In this document: in pieces, positions 20,207 to 28,299 of the stretch
How positions within the stretch are numbered: position 1 is the stretch's first letter
Layout of the letters: each line of letters starts with the position of its first letter
From: a virus
Lineage: Duplodnaviria; Caudoviricetes
Virus record (IMG/VR): IMGVR_UViG_3300005077_000042
Location: 1-40,327 of that record
Direction: 5' to 3' (one strand)
Length of the DNA stretch: 40,327 nt
The notes under the pieces: generated by a model
Databases searched by the model: none
What the model saw: the letters and a program-made list of their open reading frames with translations, nothing else
Told to the model about the DNA's origin: nothing
Position numbers and translations under genes: made by a program

Positions 20207-21019
20207 TTAACGAAGGCCAAGTTTATCAGCTGCAGCTTTTCCAGCTGCTTCAGCAGTACTTACTTTCCCTTGGGCAATTGCCCTCCTGTAAGCTCTATCA
20301 GATGCAGTATCTCTAGCGATCTGAGAAGCATTGTGAAGATTGGCTTCAGCTATCTTCTGTTGAAGATCAAATTGATCTCTAGCTAGATCCAATCCTTGTA
20401 AAGCAGTCCAAGCTTGAGCTAAATCTCCAACACCAGCAGCTCCTTTACTGAATGCTTCCCAGGTAGACATTCCAGGTGCTTCTGTTTTCATTCCAGTATT
20501 TTCAGGAAGAGCAGCAGTAGGAGTAGAAGTAGTTGGAACAGTAGACAACCCAGTTGTTACACCCCCGTTTCTACTGTAAAAGTTAGGGCCTGAATATGCT
20601 TGAGGGCCTTCTACTGGAGTTGGATTAAGCTGTGGATCAGCATTGATAGATGTTCTTACAATACTAGCAGGCTGCTGTTTCAATCCAATAAACCCATTAG
20701 TTACAGTTGGATTAGGAGAAGTACCGCCTATCAGTGCATTTCGATCTGAAACAGCAGAAAAATTATTTACTGCTGGGAAATTGCCAACTGAAACTTGACT
20801 TTGATCTTTGTTTAATCGATTAAAGCTGGAAACAGGAGAAGAAGGAGTAGAAGGTGCTCCAAACTCGTTTAATCGGTAATTTCCCATAAATTTATTAAAA
20901 TCCAAGTGTTCAGATCCAACAGGCTTTAGACGTAAACCAGCGTCGGTAGACATAAAGTTTCCGATATTTCGAAAAGCCCTTCCTTGTTCGGCAGTAACTG
21001 CAGATGTTTTAGGCTTCAT
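20207..21019 (-). CDS. virion structural/ejection protein, N4 gp52-like
   Basis: Low-complexity N-terminus. C-terminal GAAGVGDLAQAWTALQGLDLARDQFDLQQK block fits gp52-like proteins. Synteny. Confidence 0.6.
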   Translation of the reverse strand: MKPKTSAVTAEQGRAFRNIGNFMSTDAGLRLKPVGSEHLDFNKFMGNYRLNEFGAPSTPSSPVSSFNRLNKDQSQVSVGNFPAVNNFSAVSDRNALIGGTSPNPTVTNGFIGLKQQPASIVRTSINADPQLNPTPVEGPQAYSGPNFYSRNGGVTTGLSTVPTTSTPTAALPENTGMKTEAPGMSTWEAFSKGAAGVGDLAQAWTALQGLDLARDQFDLQQKIAEANLHNASQIARDTASDRAYRRAIAQGKVSTAEAAGKAAADKLGLR

Positions 21020-21027
21020 AATGCTCC

Positions 21028-23181
21028 TTAAATTACACGGTTAATGGATTCTAAATCCAATTTGGTTGAAAGAAAACTTGAACAGTAATTCCTACAGATG
21101 TTTGTACTGTTTGTATTAAGTGTTCTTGCAAAGAACTCATCCGGCGTATCTCTTGGTATTCTTGGTTTTTTGGTTAAGTAATATGGATCAAGATTATCGC
21201 TTGTATCAAACTCTTCATTTATGGCTTTAAGGTATTCTTCATAGTTTTTATATTCAGCTTGTTTATCTTTCCATTCTTCTTTTAATTTTTCCTGTTCTAC
21301 CCCAGTATAGATAGTAATACCAGAAGATACTGCTGATATAGAAATTAGTATTTTATCTGCTAACTCAAGATCAGAAAAATTACCATCACCTGATGCTATA
21401 GTAACTGCTGCGTAAGCAATAATCAATACTGCTGCTTGTTCATCTGTTAAAACAAAGGTTTGAAGTATATGCTTAAATATTTCTCTTGTTACCCAAGAGA
21501 TTAACATTTTTCCAAGTATTTTTACCCAGGTAGCATCTTTTGTATAAAACATCGCAATAATAGCTATTACTTGTATTACAAATTGAAGGAACTGAATAAA
21601 ATTGGATGTTTCATACCATTCAAGATCTTCATAGCTGGCTGCAAATAAAACCAGGTGCATGCTTCTGTAAAGTAAAGCTTCAACAAGAGCAGGATTTTTA
21701 AAGTTTGCAACTAAAAAGTTTAGTGGTATTAAAAAGTTTGCTGTATCATCCAAATCAACTACTTGCCCAGACTCATGCCCATCAGCAGCAATAATGTAAC
21801 ATAAAGAACGTAATCCAAATACAGTGAGTTTATCACAAGAAGTAGGAGTTACTTGCCTCTTGAGAATAAGATTATTATTAATATATGTAATTGATACTCC
21901 AAACTCGTTTGGAGTGACAGTTTCAGATTCCAAGTTGATTGTTTTAGATACAGTTCCTACTGATCCAATAACTTCATCTACATGCTCTAATTTTATGTAG
22001 TTAAAGAATATAGAAACATTATAGCTACTTTCAGTAACTTTTACTAAGTGTACTGTTGAGCTTCTGTCTTCTGCAGTCAGAAAATATTCATAAGAAGATT
22101 GAGCCATTGCATAGTACAGCATGTAGAAATAGTAAAACAGATATTCAGATACAGCTTTATGATCAGTATGTGGATTTACTCCTAGAACCAGATAAGCTTC
22201 TGGTACACTCTCCATATCTTCTTCATCTTTCAAGGAATTTACAATCTGATCTAAATCCAGATTAAGCTTCCTAGCTGCAGCAACGCAAGATGCATAATAA
22301 TCAGGAGTATCATCTGAGGTAGTATATATTCCCAATCTTTTAAAAGGTATTACTGGTAAATGCCTTGTTAAGTCTTCATTATCATAATCTCCTGTGGGAG
22401 ACTCTACCATTTCAGGGTGTTCACTTGATTGACCAGCATAATCATAAGGGAACAGATAAGACAATATAAACCTGTTTCCTCCAGAATCCTGAACAGTAGC
22501 TTTCCATTGGTAGTGTACTTGAAATTCACTATCTGTAATGTCAGGTAAAGCAATATATTCGTATACTGGAGTATTAGGAGCAGTGTATCTTACAAGCTTT
22601 GCTCTGCAGTTTCCTGCAGCAATTTCTGCTTCAAGAAGAACATAAACATTTCCTGATATGGTTACTCTATCAGTATAATCCTCGTTTATCTGTAAATAAG
22701 ATAATGCCCATTCATAGGGAGTAGGAGTAATAATACTGATTGGAGAAAAATTAACTGCTATTGGAAGTTGTGGGGTATAACTTTTTTCATCAAGAAAAGC
22801 TTCCACAATATCCTCAAACTCTTCTTCATGGATCGGAGGAGATTTAAATCCCATCTCCGGTAATCCAAAATAGTAATGCCTTTCGCCATACATAAGAAAC
22901 TGGCGTAAAAGCATTGAAGGACCAGATATGGAAGCTAAACGGAGAGCAGAGGGAATGCTGGTATCATTCAATACAGCATTCAGCAATTCCCCCTGGAAAT
23001 TTGAAATGGCAGGAATATCATCATCAGGTATTAAGCGATTTGCTAAAACAGAATAAGCATAAATCCTTTCAGCAGAGAATCCAAGTACTCCTGCTAAAGG
23101 TTTTAAGTCACTAAGGGCTTGATCTCTCGCTTGTTCGAGAGCTCTTGCCCAGCTGTCCAACATTTCGCTCAGAAAACTCAT
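21028..23181 (-). CDS. structural protein, N4 gp53-like
   Basis: 717 aa. PVIPFK, YLVLGV..EYLFYYF and WYET..F followed by a hydrophobic segment, with C-terminal TPDEFFART. Synteny. Confidence 0.7.
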   Translation of the reverse strand: MSFLSEMLDSWARALEQARDQALSDLKPLAGVLGFSAERIYAYSVLANRLIPDDDIPAISNFQGELLNAVLNDTSIPSALRLASISGPSMLLRQFLMYGERHYYFGLPEMGFKSPPIHEEEFEDIVEAFLDEKSYTPQLPIAVNFSPISIITPTPYEWALSYLQINEDYTDRVTISGNVYVLLEAEIAAGNCRAKLVRYTAPNTPVYEYIALPDITDSEFQVHYQWKATVQDSGGNRFILSYLFPYDYAGQSSEHPEMVESPTGDYDNEDLTRHLPVIPFKRLGIYTTSDDTPDYYASCVAAARKLNLDLDQIVNSLKDEEDMESVPEAYLVLGVNPHTDHKAVSEYLFYYFYMLYYAMAQSSYEYFLTAEDRSSTVHLVKVTESSYNVSIFFNYIKLEHVDEVIGSVGTVSKTINLESETVTPNEFGVSITYINNNLILKRQVTPTSCDKLTVFGLRSLCYIIAADGHESGQVVDLDDTANFLIPLNFLVANFKNPALVEALLYRSMHLVLFAASYEDLEWYETSNFIQFLQFVIQVIAIIAMFYTKDATWVKILGKMLISWVTREIFKHILQTFVLTDEQAAVLIIAYAAVTIASGDGNFSDLELADKILISISAVSSGITIYTGVEQEKLKEEWKDKQAEYKNYEEYLKAINEEFDTSDNLDPYYLTKKPRIPRDTPDEFFARTLNTNSTNICRNYCSSFLSTKLDLESINRVI

Positions 23182-23193
23182 TCATACCTTATT

Positions 23194-23892
23194 TTATGTA
23201 GCACTCATTGTAAGCTCAGTAAAATCAGGAGAAGTAACATCAGCTTGTGACCACAGCTTCTCTACCATAGATTTTATCAGGCCATTAATCCCAACATCAG
23301 TAGAAGCAATTACTGTTTCCCCTGAAGTAGCAGCTACTGACCATATATCAACTAATGCCTGTAATGCGGATTGGGCTGCTTTATGTTTAAACCCGGCAGA
23401 TTGACATTCGTACAGGGTTTTCTGTGCTCCAAGTATTCCACTAACGCTGCCAGTTGCAGAGGTTAATTGAGTTTGAGCCCACTCAGTAATGTATTTCTGG
23501 TTCATCAAGGTTGCTTCATAACCACTCTTGGTTATCTGGTTATCCAAAATATCCCCCTCTTTACCAGCATTAGCTACCTTCTCTGTCATCAGAAGAGTAT
23601 TCTGTGCTTCAGTAAGCAACTGTTGCTCCAGCAAATCCTGTTGAGCCTGCTTGGTAGCAAGATCCTGAGCACTCTGTGCTTCCTGCAAAGCAAGCTCTAC
23701 ATCCAACTTAAGGAAGTTTACGGATTCACTAATAGCACTCTGAATAGCAGCCAGATAAACATTGGCATACTCTGCTCCAGTAATCCTGTTTGCATCGTAC
23801 TGAGTACCAAGCTCAGTATCGATAGCATCCATTATTTTATCAAATACACCTGTACCAGATGTATTTGTAAAATCTGTTATGGATAATGGCAT
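23194..23892 (-). CDS. structural protein, N4 gp54-like
   Basis: GTGVFDKIM..L..QYDANRITGAEYANVY and GILGAQKTLY..Q..GF signatures of gp54-like proteins. Confidence 0.75.
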   Translation of the reverse strand: MPLSITDFTNTSGTGVFDKIMDAIDTELGTQYDANRITGAEYANVYLAAIQSAISESVNFLKLDVELALQEAQSAQDLATKQAQQDLLEQQLLTEAQNTLLMTEKVANAGKEGDILDNQITKSGYEATLMNQKYITEWAQTQLTSATGSVSGILGAQKTLYECQSAGFKHKAAQSALQALVDIWSVAATSGETVIASTDVGINGLIKSMVEKLWSQADVTSPDFTELTMSAT

Positions 23893-23895
23893 TTA

Positions 23896-24486
23896 TTACT
23901 CCGCATCAATGGAACCACTCATTGCTTGTCTCTGAGCCAATTCATGCAACTGCTCAGGGGTTAGTGGGTCAAGTACTTCTATGCTGTAAGCAGAAACCAT
24001 TTTGGCTTTCTTTAAAGCTTTATCCTGCTGATTACCAGCAGCAACAAATACAGTACATTTCTTTTCTTTCAACACATCCAGTAAACACTGTTCAATGTGC
24101 CAGCCATCGGGAGCATTATAAGGAATATACCGTTTAATTGTACCCAGGGAAGTTGAACCAACAGAAAGAAGTTCTCCAGGCCAGTCTTTCTTGTTTGGGT
24201 CCATTGAAGTAACGCGAACTCTGACAAGTTTTTTGGCATCTTTCAAGCGTTGTTTAATTTTATCTTCCTCAGTGGCAGGCTTGGGCATTGGCATTTTATC
24301 AATGTCGATTAAAGGCATTTTTCTGAGCTTTTCAATAGCAGGATCTGTTTTTCCTTCCAGGTAGTTTTGGATTTTAGCTCTCAATCTGGGTTCTCCCAGA
24401 TGGTGAGAATATTCTACACCGTGTTGATCTGCAAATGCTCTCAATTGATCAAGATTCATACTTTCTAATTCTGGATTCGAAGCCAT
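23896..24486 (-). CDS. conserved N4 gp55-like protein
   Basis: KLVRVRVTSMDPNKKDWPGE..IPYN..GWH..IEVLDPLTPEQLHELAQRQA. Directly downstream of the capsid gene. Confidence 0.75.
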   Translation of the reverse strand: MASNPELESMNLDQLRAFADQHGVEYSHHLGEPRLRAKIQNYLEGKTDPAIEKLRKMPLIDIDKMPMPKPATEEDKIKQRLKDAKKLVRVRVTSMDPNKKDWPGELLSVGSTSLGTIKRYIPYNAPDGWHIEQCLLDVLKEKKCTVFVAAGNQQDKALKKAKMVSAYSIEVLDPLTPEQLHELAQRQAMSGSIDAE

Positions 24487-24502
24487 AATGTTTATTGTTT
24501 TT

Positions 24503-24536
24503 AAAGATTAAAGGGGGTTGGTATTATCCAACCCCC
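24503..24536 (-). terminator. intrinsic terminator after the major capsid gene
   Basis: 9-bp GC-rich stem GGGGGTTGG/CCAACCCCC (24513-24536), 6-nt loop, followed on - by TTTAATCTTT, 17 nt after the MCP stop. Confidence 0.75.
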
Positions 24537-24553
24537 AGGATCACTTAATCAGA

Positions 24554-25837
24554 TTACAGTCTTGCAACCGTCTTAAGCAGGGCAATCCTTTCAGGACGCA
24601 GGATCATGATTCCATAATACCACTTGATGGAATAGAATCCAGTTTCACCGTAAGGATCAGAAGAAGAGTAATTATCTTCCGGTTTAACATGCTTGATCTT
24701 AAACTTGACGTTTTTCCCGTCAGTCTGGAAACCAACATGAGTGAAGGCACCATCACCTACTACCAGCATCGGGAATACATCGTATTTAGGACTGCCAGAA
24801 GAATTATTACTCCAGCGGTACGTAGCATAAGCAGCTGAAACAGAAGCACCTGAAGCAGCCCAGTGCATCATTTCAGGGTGTACAATAAAACGGAAGTTAT
24901 CAATTGCACCGAATTCTCCATTGGCTACCTGCCCAGCTTCAGCATACTGTGCTACAGGAACGAATGCTTTAGCAGATTGATAATCAGTCATCCGCATTAC
25001 GGAAGGCTGAAGTTCACTACCAATAAAGATATAACGAGCAGCATTGATAACTTTGGTATCGATCATACGAGAACCAGAAATAATCTTCGTGCTTTTGGGG
25101 CAGCGATTATTATCCAGCTCAATAGCAAGTTTTACCAGATCATCGTAAGCTACTTCATCTGCAGTGGATTCACCAGAAACCGTAGCAGTAGAGGTAGCAT
25201 TACCTGCATAACGAACTACACCAGCACCATTAATCAAGTCAATCTGCAACTGATCTTCAGTAATTTCATTAGCAGCTTTCAGACATTCTGAAGTAATGTG
25301 GCTGAGTAATTCAGAATCCGTATCAAAATCCAGAGATTCCTGGGTATATTCGTCAAAGAAACCGAACTTGGCAACAGTGCCTTCCAGGTTGATACGGGTC
25401 ATACCTACGCGGTTTACTCTTCCACCACTTTCCGTCAAGGTAGGCAGTTTACCAGTAATATAACCAATGTCTTTACTGGAACCATACAGGTTTCCACCTT
25501 TGGGGATAGCAGCAGCTTCACTTACAGTCCAGTCTACGCCGGAAGCGATAACCAGTGCTTTCACTTCAGCATAGGTATCGTAACCAGATGAACCAGGATT
25601 GTAACCACGCAGTTTACAAATGATTGCATGTGCCTGATACCTTGCCTGAGTAAGAGCAGCAGAAGAATCTGCACCTACACCATTGGCATAGTAGACTTCA
25701 CCATCAGCAGTAGTAATAGTGATGGTTACGTCATTGGCAGTATAAGCACCAGAAGCATCCAAACCCTGGTCAGCAATGTTTCTGTCATCCAGGATAGGCA
25801 TGTAATGGTAGCGTTTAATGGTTTTGCCCATGTTCTT
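24554..25837 (-). CDS. major capsid protein (N4 gp56-like), exon 2
   Basis: KNMGKTIK.YHYMPILDDRN..QGLDA.GA, GNLYGSSKDIG, LP.LTE.GGRVNRVG and DPYGETGFYSIKWYYG..LRPERIAL N4-type MCP motifs. Joins exon 1 in frame (..AMP|KNMGK..) to give 479 aa. Confidence 0.93.
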   Translation of the reverse strand, partial: KNMGKTIKRYHYMPILDDRNIADQGLDASGAYTANDVTITITTADGEVYYANGVGADSSAALTQARYQAHAIICKLRGYNPGSSGYDTYAEVKALVIASGVDWTVSEAAAIPKGGNLYGSSKDIGYITGKLPTLTESGGRVNRVGMTRINLEGTVAKFGFFDEYTQESLDFDTDSELLSHITSECLKAANEITEDQLQIDLINGAGVVRYAGNATSTATVSGESTADEVAYDDLVKLAIELDNNRCPKSTKIISGSRMIDTKVINAARYIFIGSELQPSVMRMTDYQSAKAFVPVAQYAEAGQVANGEFGAIDNFRFIVHPEMMHWAASGASVSAAYATYRWSNNSSGSPKYDVFPMLVVGDGAFTHVGFQTDGKNVKFKIKHVKPEDNYSSSDPYGETGFYSIKWYYGIMILRPERIALLKTVARL

Positions 25838-26644
25838 CCTTGTGTTCACCGAGATTCGCTACTATCTCAGCCGTCCTAAAGGACTGCTGCATGTTTCCAT
25901 GCAGAGCAGACTATATCATCACCCTTAAAGGGTGCTAGGCACTTCCACCGTCAATCGCTTACGGTGTACTCCCTTGTGGGATAGTCGTTGCTCCTTATTT
26001 ACCATGCCGGAATGTGTATCCATCATTAGAAGCTTTTAATTCAAGCTTATCAAGTATAACTTTAGCTTCTTGGATTGTGGGAGCAGATCCACCATACACA
26101 CGTTTTTTATTGATGTATTTACGTACTATATAGCAATCTGCTGTTTTATTCCAGCTGATACCAGTATACCCAGAAGTATTATTTTTAGCTTTACGACTAT
26201 TTCTACAGTTAACTGCCTGTGAAACAACACGTAAATTTCTTCTAGTATCATCGGTATCATTACCATTAATATGATCTATAACTTTATTATCTGGAATTGT
26301 AATTCCCCGTAATAATGTTATCAGATGAGCATAAGATACAGTAGTACGAGTACCGGGTATATGGATACCCTTATAACCATAAGAACAAAGTTTATATGGT
26401 TTTACTATATCATGCTTCTTATACATAGATCTCCAACCATCAGTTTTTCTACGAATAGTGATATCATCACTATCCAAGTAAAAATTATCAAGTAGAATAT
26501 CTTTGTATTTATTAACTGTTAACATTTTTATTAATGGTAATAAGTAAATCTTGGATCAGGATTGTCTTCAGCTTAACCTGTTAAGAGTTTCCCTGAGTTC
26601 ACCTAGTTTGCAATTAGAATTTCTTCTAAATGGCCCTCGAATTA
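25838..26644 (-). mobile_element. group I self-splicing intron (IA2-like, phage type), 807 nt
   Basis: The 5' exon ends in U and the intron ends in G. P1 GCCU/GGGC with a U.G pair; P2 TTAGAA-GAAA-TTCTAA; P3 CTAGGT/GCCTAG; P4 TCAGG/CCTGA; R CAACGACTA; P7.1/P7.2 hairpins; P8 CACCCTTTAAGGGTG; S GATGATATAGTCT; P9 CTGCATG-GAAA-CATGCAG. Confidence 0.92.
25995..26525 (-). CDS. intron-encoded HNH homing endonuclease with C-terminal AP2-like DNA-binding domain
   Basis: VIDHINGN...NLRVVSQAVN HNH motif followed by NTSGYTGISW..Y AP2 motif. Located between the Q and R elements (P6 loop) of the intron. Confidence 0.9.
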   Translation of the reverse strand: MLTVNKYKDILLDNFYLDSDDITIRRKTDGWRSMYKKHDIVKPYKLCSYGYKGIHIPGTRTTVSYAHLITLLRGITIPDNKVIDHINGNDTDDTRRNLRVVSQAVNCRNSRKAKNNTSGYTGISWNKTADCYIVRKYINKKRVYGGSAPTIQEAKVILDKLELKASNDGYTFRHGK

Positions 26645-26800
26645 AGGCATTGCAGTCACATCAGCCAGCTGGCTGAAGTATGACTCCTTAGGCAGTTCAA
26701 CAAGAGCTTTCTTTACATAATAATCAGTACGAAACTGAGTACCAACACTCGAAGCAGTAGTACCGGGAGTGTTATATTTTTGCATATCACCTGCAGCCAT
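26645..26800 (-). CDS. major capsid protein, exon 1 (52 aa; not in ORF track)
   Basis: AGGAG SD, then MAAGDMQKYNTPGTTASSVGTQFRTDYYVKKALVELPKESYFSQLADVTAMP followed immediately by TAA (the first intron bases). Matches the N-terminus of N4-type MCPs (YN.P..Q..KKAL..YF..LA...MP). Confidence 0.9.
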
Positions 26801-26810
26801 GATTTATCTC

Positions 26811-27935
26811 CTAATCAGGTAACACCAGCTTAGCAAACTCCTCATCTGACATAGCCAGAGGATTGTAATCTGGCGTTGTATTTTTTGGTGTAGCTCCCTT
26901 AGGGGGAGCCAAAGATTTTTTCTTTTGTGCAAGCTCAGAATCACTTGGCTTTGGTTTGGATGGTGCTTGTGCTTTAGGGGTTACTCCAGTGGAGGGTGGA
27001 TTCTGTTTTTGCCCAAACAGTCTATTCCCTATCATATCGTAAGCATCCAAATCAGATACACCATTAAGTTTTCCAAGCATTCTTTCTTTCTCAACTACGC
27101 TCATCACTTGGTCAAACACCCCAGAAGCAATCTGATCATTAAGCAGTTTGATTGCACTGGGATTCTGGCTTACAAGAAATGTGCGACTCTTTTCATCCCA
27201 CATATTACCAACAACCTGTAGAGTTTTGGCATAGGAATCAGTGTGCCGAATAGAATCCAACACTTGATCCAACTCTACCTCCTGATCGGTGGTAGTGTAT
27301 GTGTTTGGTACGTAATTAACGGGTTTTTCAGGATCATACGTATCCAGATTAAAATCACTTTCCTTAATGAGGGTTTTGATTGCTTCTGGATTTTTCTTAC
27401 TTAAATCAATTAAGTAATTCAGTCTGGCTTCATCAAGCAGCCCATTCTTTTCAAGAGTTTTGAGTAATCTCAGATTCGGTTTGAGAGCAGACATCTTTTT
27501 AGAATAGTCTACTCCCATTTGCATTAGGGAAATTGCTTCATCAACATTATCAACTTTCATTTCCCTTCCGCTTGCTTTAAAGGGCTTTAAAAGCTTTTCA
27601 TACTCAACCCTATAGTCTACCCCTGGTTTTTCTTCGGGAACGTCTACAGGCTCTTTAACATCATCAGAACTCGGTGTTTCTTCAGGAGTTTTTTCTACAG
27701 TAGTTTCTGCTACTGCAGTATCTTCTTTTTCTTCTTTACTTTCTTCCGTTCCAGCTTCAGTAGTATCCTCAACTGTTTTTCCTGCATCCTTCTCATCTTT
27801 CTGATCCGTTTCAGTATCCTCCGGTTCCTCAGTCTTCTCTGGAAGATCCACAGGTTCATCTGGCAGGCTACTCCAATCGAATGCAAGAAGTTCTTCATCT
27901 GTCATTTCCAGAGGAGACTTAAGTTCTGTTGTCAT
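26811..27935 (-). CDS. N4 gp57-like protein (often annotated tape measure; likely capsid scaffold)
   Basis: Acidic disordered N-terminus, PFKASG..EAISLMQMGVDYSKKM..LKP core and C-terminal NPLAMSDEEF. Directly upstream of the MCP. Confidence 0.8.
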   Translation of the reverse strand: MTTELKSPLEMTDEELLAFDWSSLPDEPVDLPEKTEEPEDTETDQKDEKDAGKTVEDTTEAGTEESKEEKEDTAVAETTVEKTPEETPSSDDVKEPVDVPEEKPGVDYRVEYEKLLKPFKASGREMKVDNVDEAISLMQMGVDYSKKMSALKPNLRLLKTLEKNGLLDEARLNYLIDLSKKNPEAIKTLIKESDFNLDTYDPEKPVNYVPNTYTTTDQEVELDQVLDSIRHTDSYAKTLQVVGNMWDEKSRTFLVSQNPSAIKLLNDQIASGVFDQVMSVVEKERMLGKLNGVSDLDAYDMIGNRLFGQKQNPPSTGVTPKAQAPSKPKPSDSELAQKKKSLAPPKGATPKNTTPDYNPLAMSDEEFAKLVLPD

Positions 27936-27943
27936 ATTCCCCC

Positions 27944-28297
27944 TTAATTACTAGAAAGATCTTCAGCAAGAATCTCTTCTCTGGTTGTTTGATGTTGCTC
28001 TTTATCTCTAGCAGCCATATAACCCATTTGCAGAACACCCGCTACATACTGCCAGAAATAGCTAACACCCAGAATTCTCCGATCAAGATCTGCCTGTTTT
28101 TCGGGGTCTTGAAAAGATGGATCAGCTTTCAATAAAACCAATCGTGCTGCTTCTTCCTCAAAGTAACCTTTTTCAATGAGCTTTTTAAACAGTGGGTCTT
28201 GAATAAACTTTCTCATCTCTTCGGATCGAAGGATAGCTTTCTCTGCTCTTTCAATTGCAGCATCAATTTGCTCAAGACTTTGCTGTGTATTATTCAT
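27944..28297 (-). CDS. N4 gp58-like protein
   Basis: FKKLIEKGYFEEEAARLV motif. Lies between the portal and gp57-like genes. Confidence 0.7.
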   Translation of the reverse strand: MNNTQQSLEQIDAAIERAEKAILRSEEMRKFIQDPLFKKLIEKGYFEEEAARLVLLKADPSFQDPEKQADLDRRILGVSYFWQYVAGVLQMGYMAARDKEQHQTTREEILAEDLSSN

Positions 28298-28299
28298 AA

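Noticed and set aside
25838-25849. GTG start at 25849 for the MCP (MNTR..) given in the ORF track
   Set aside because: These bases are the 3' end of the intron. There is no SD, and the conserved MCP N-terminus is found at 26645-26800.
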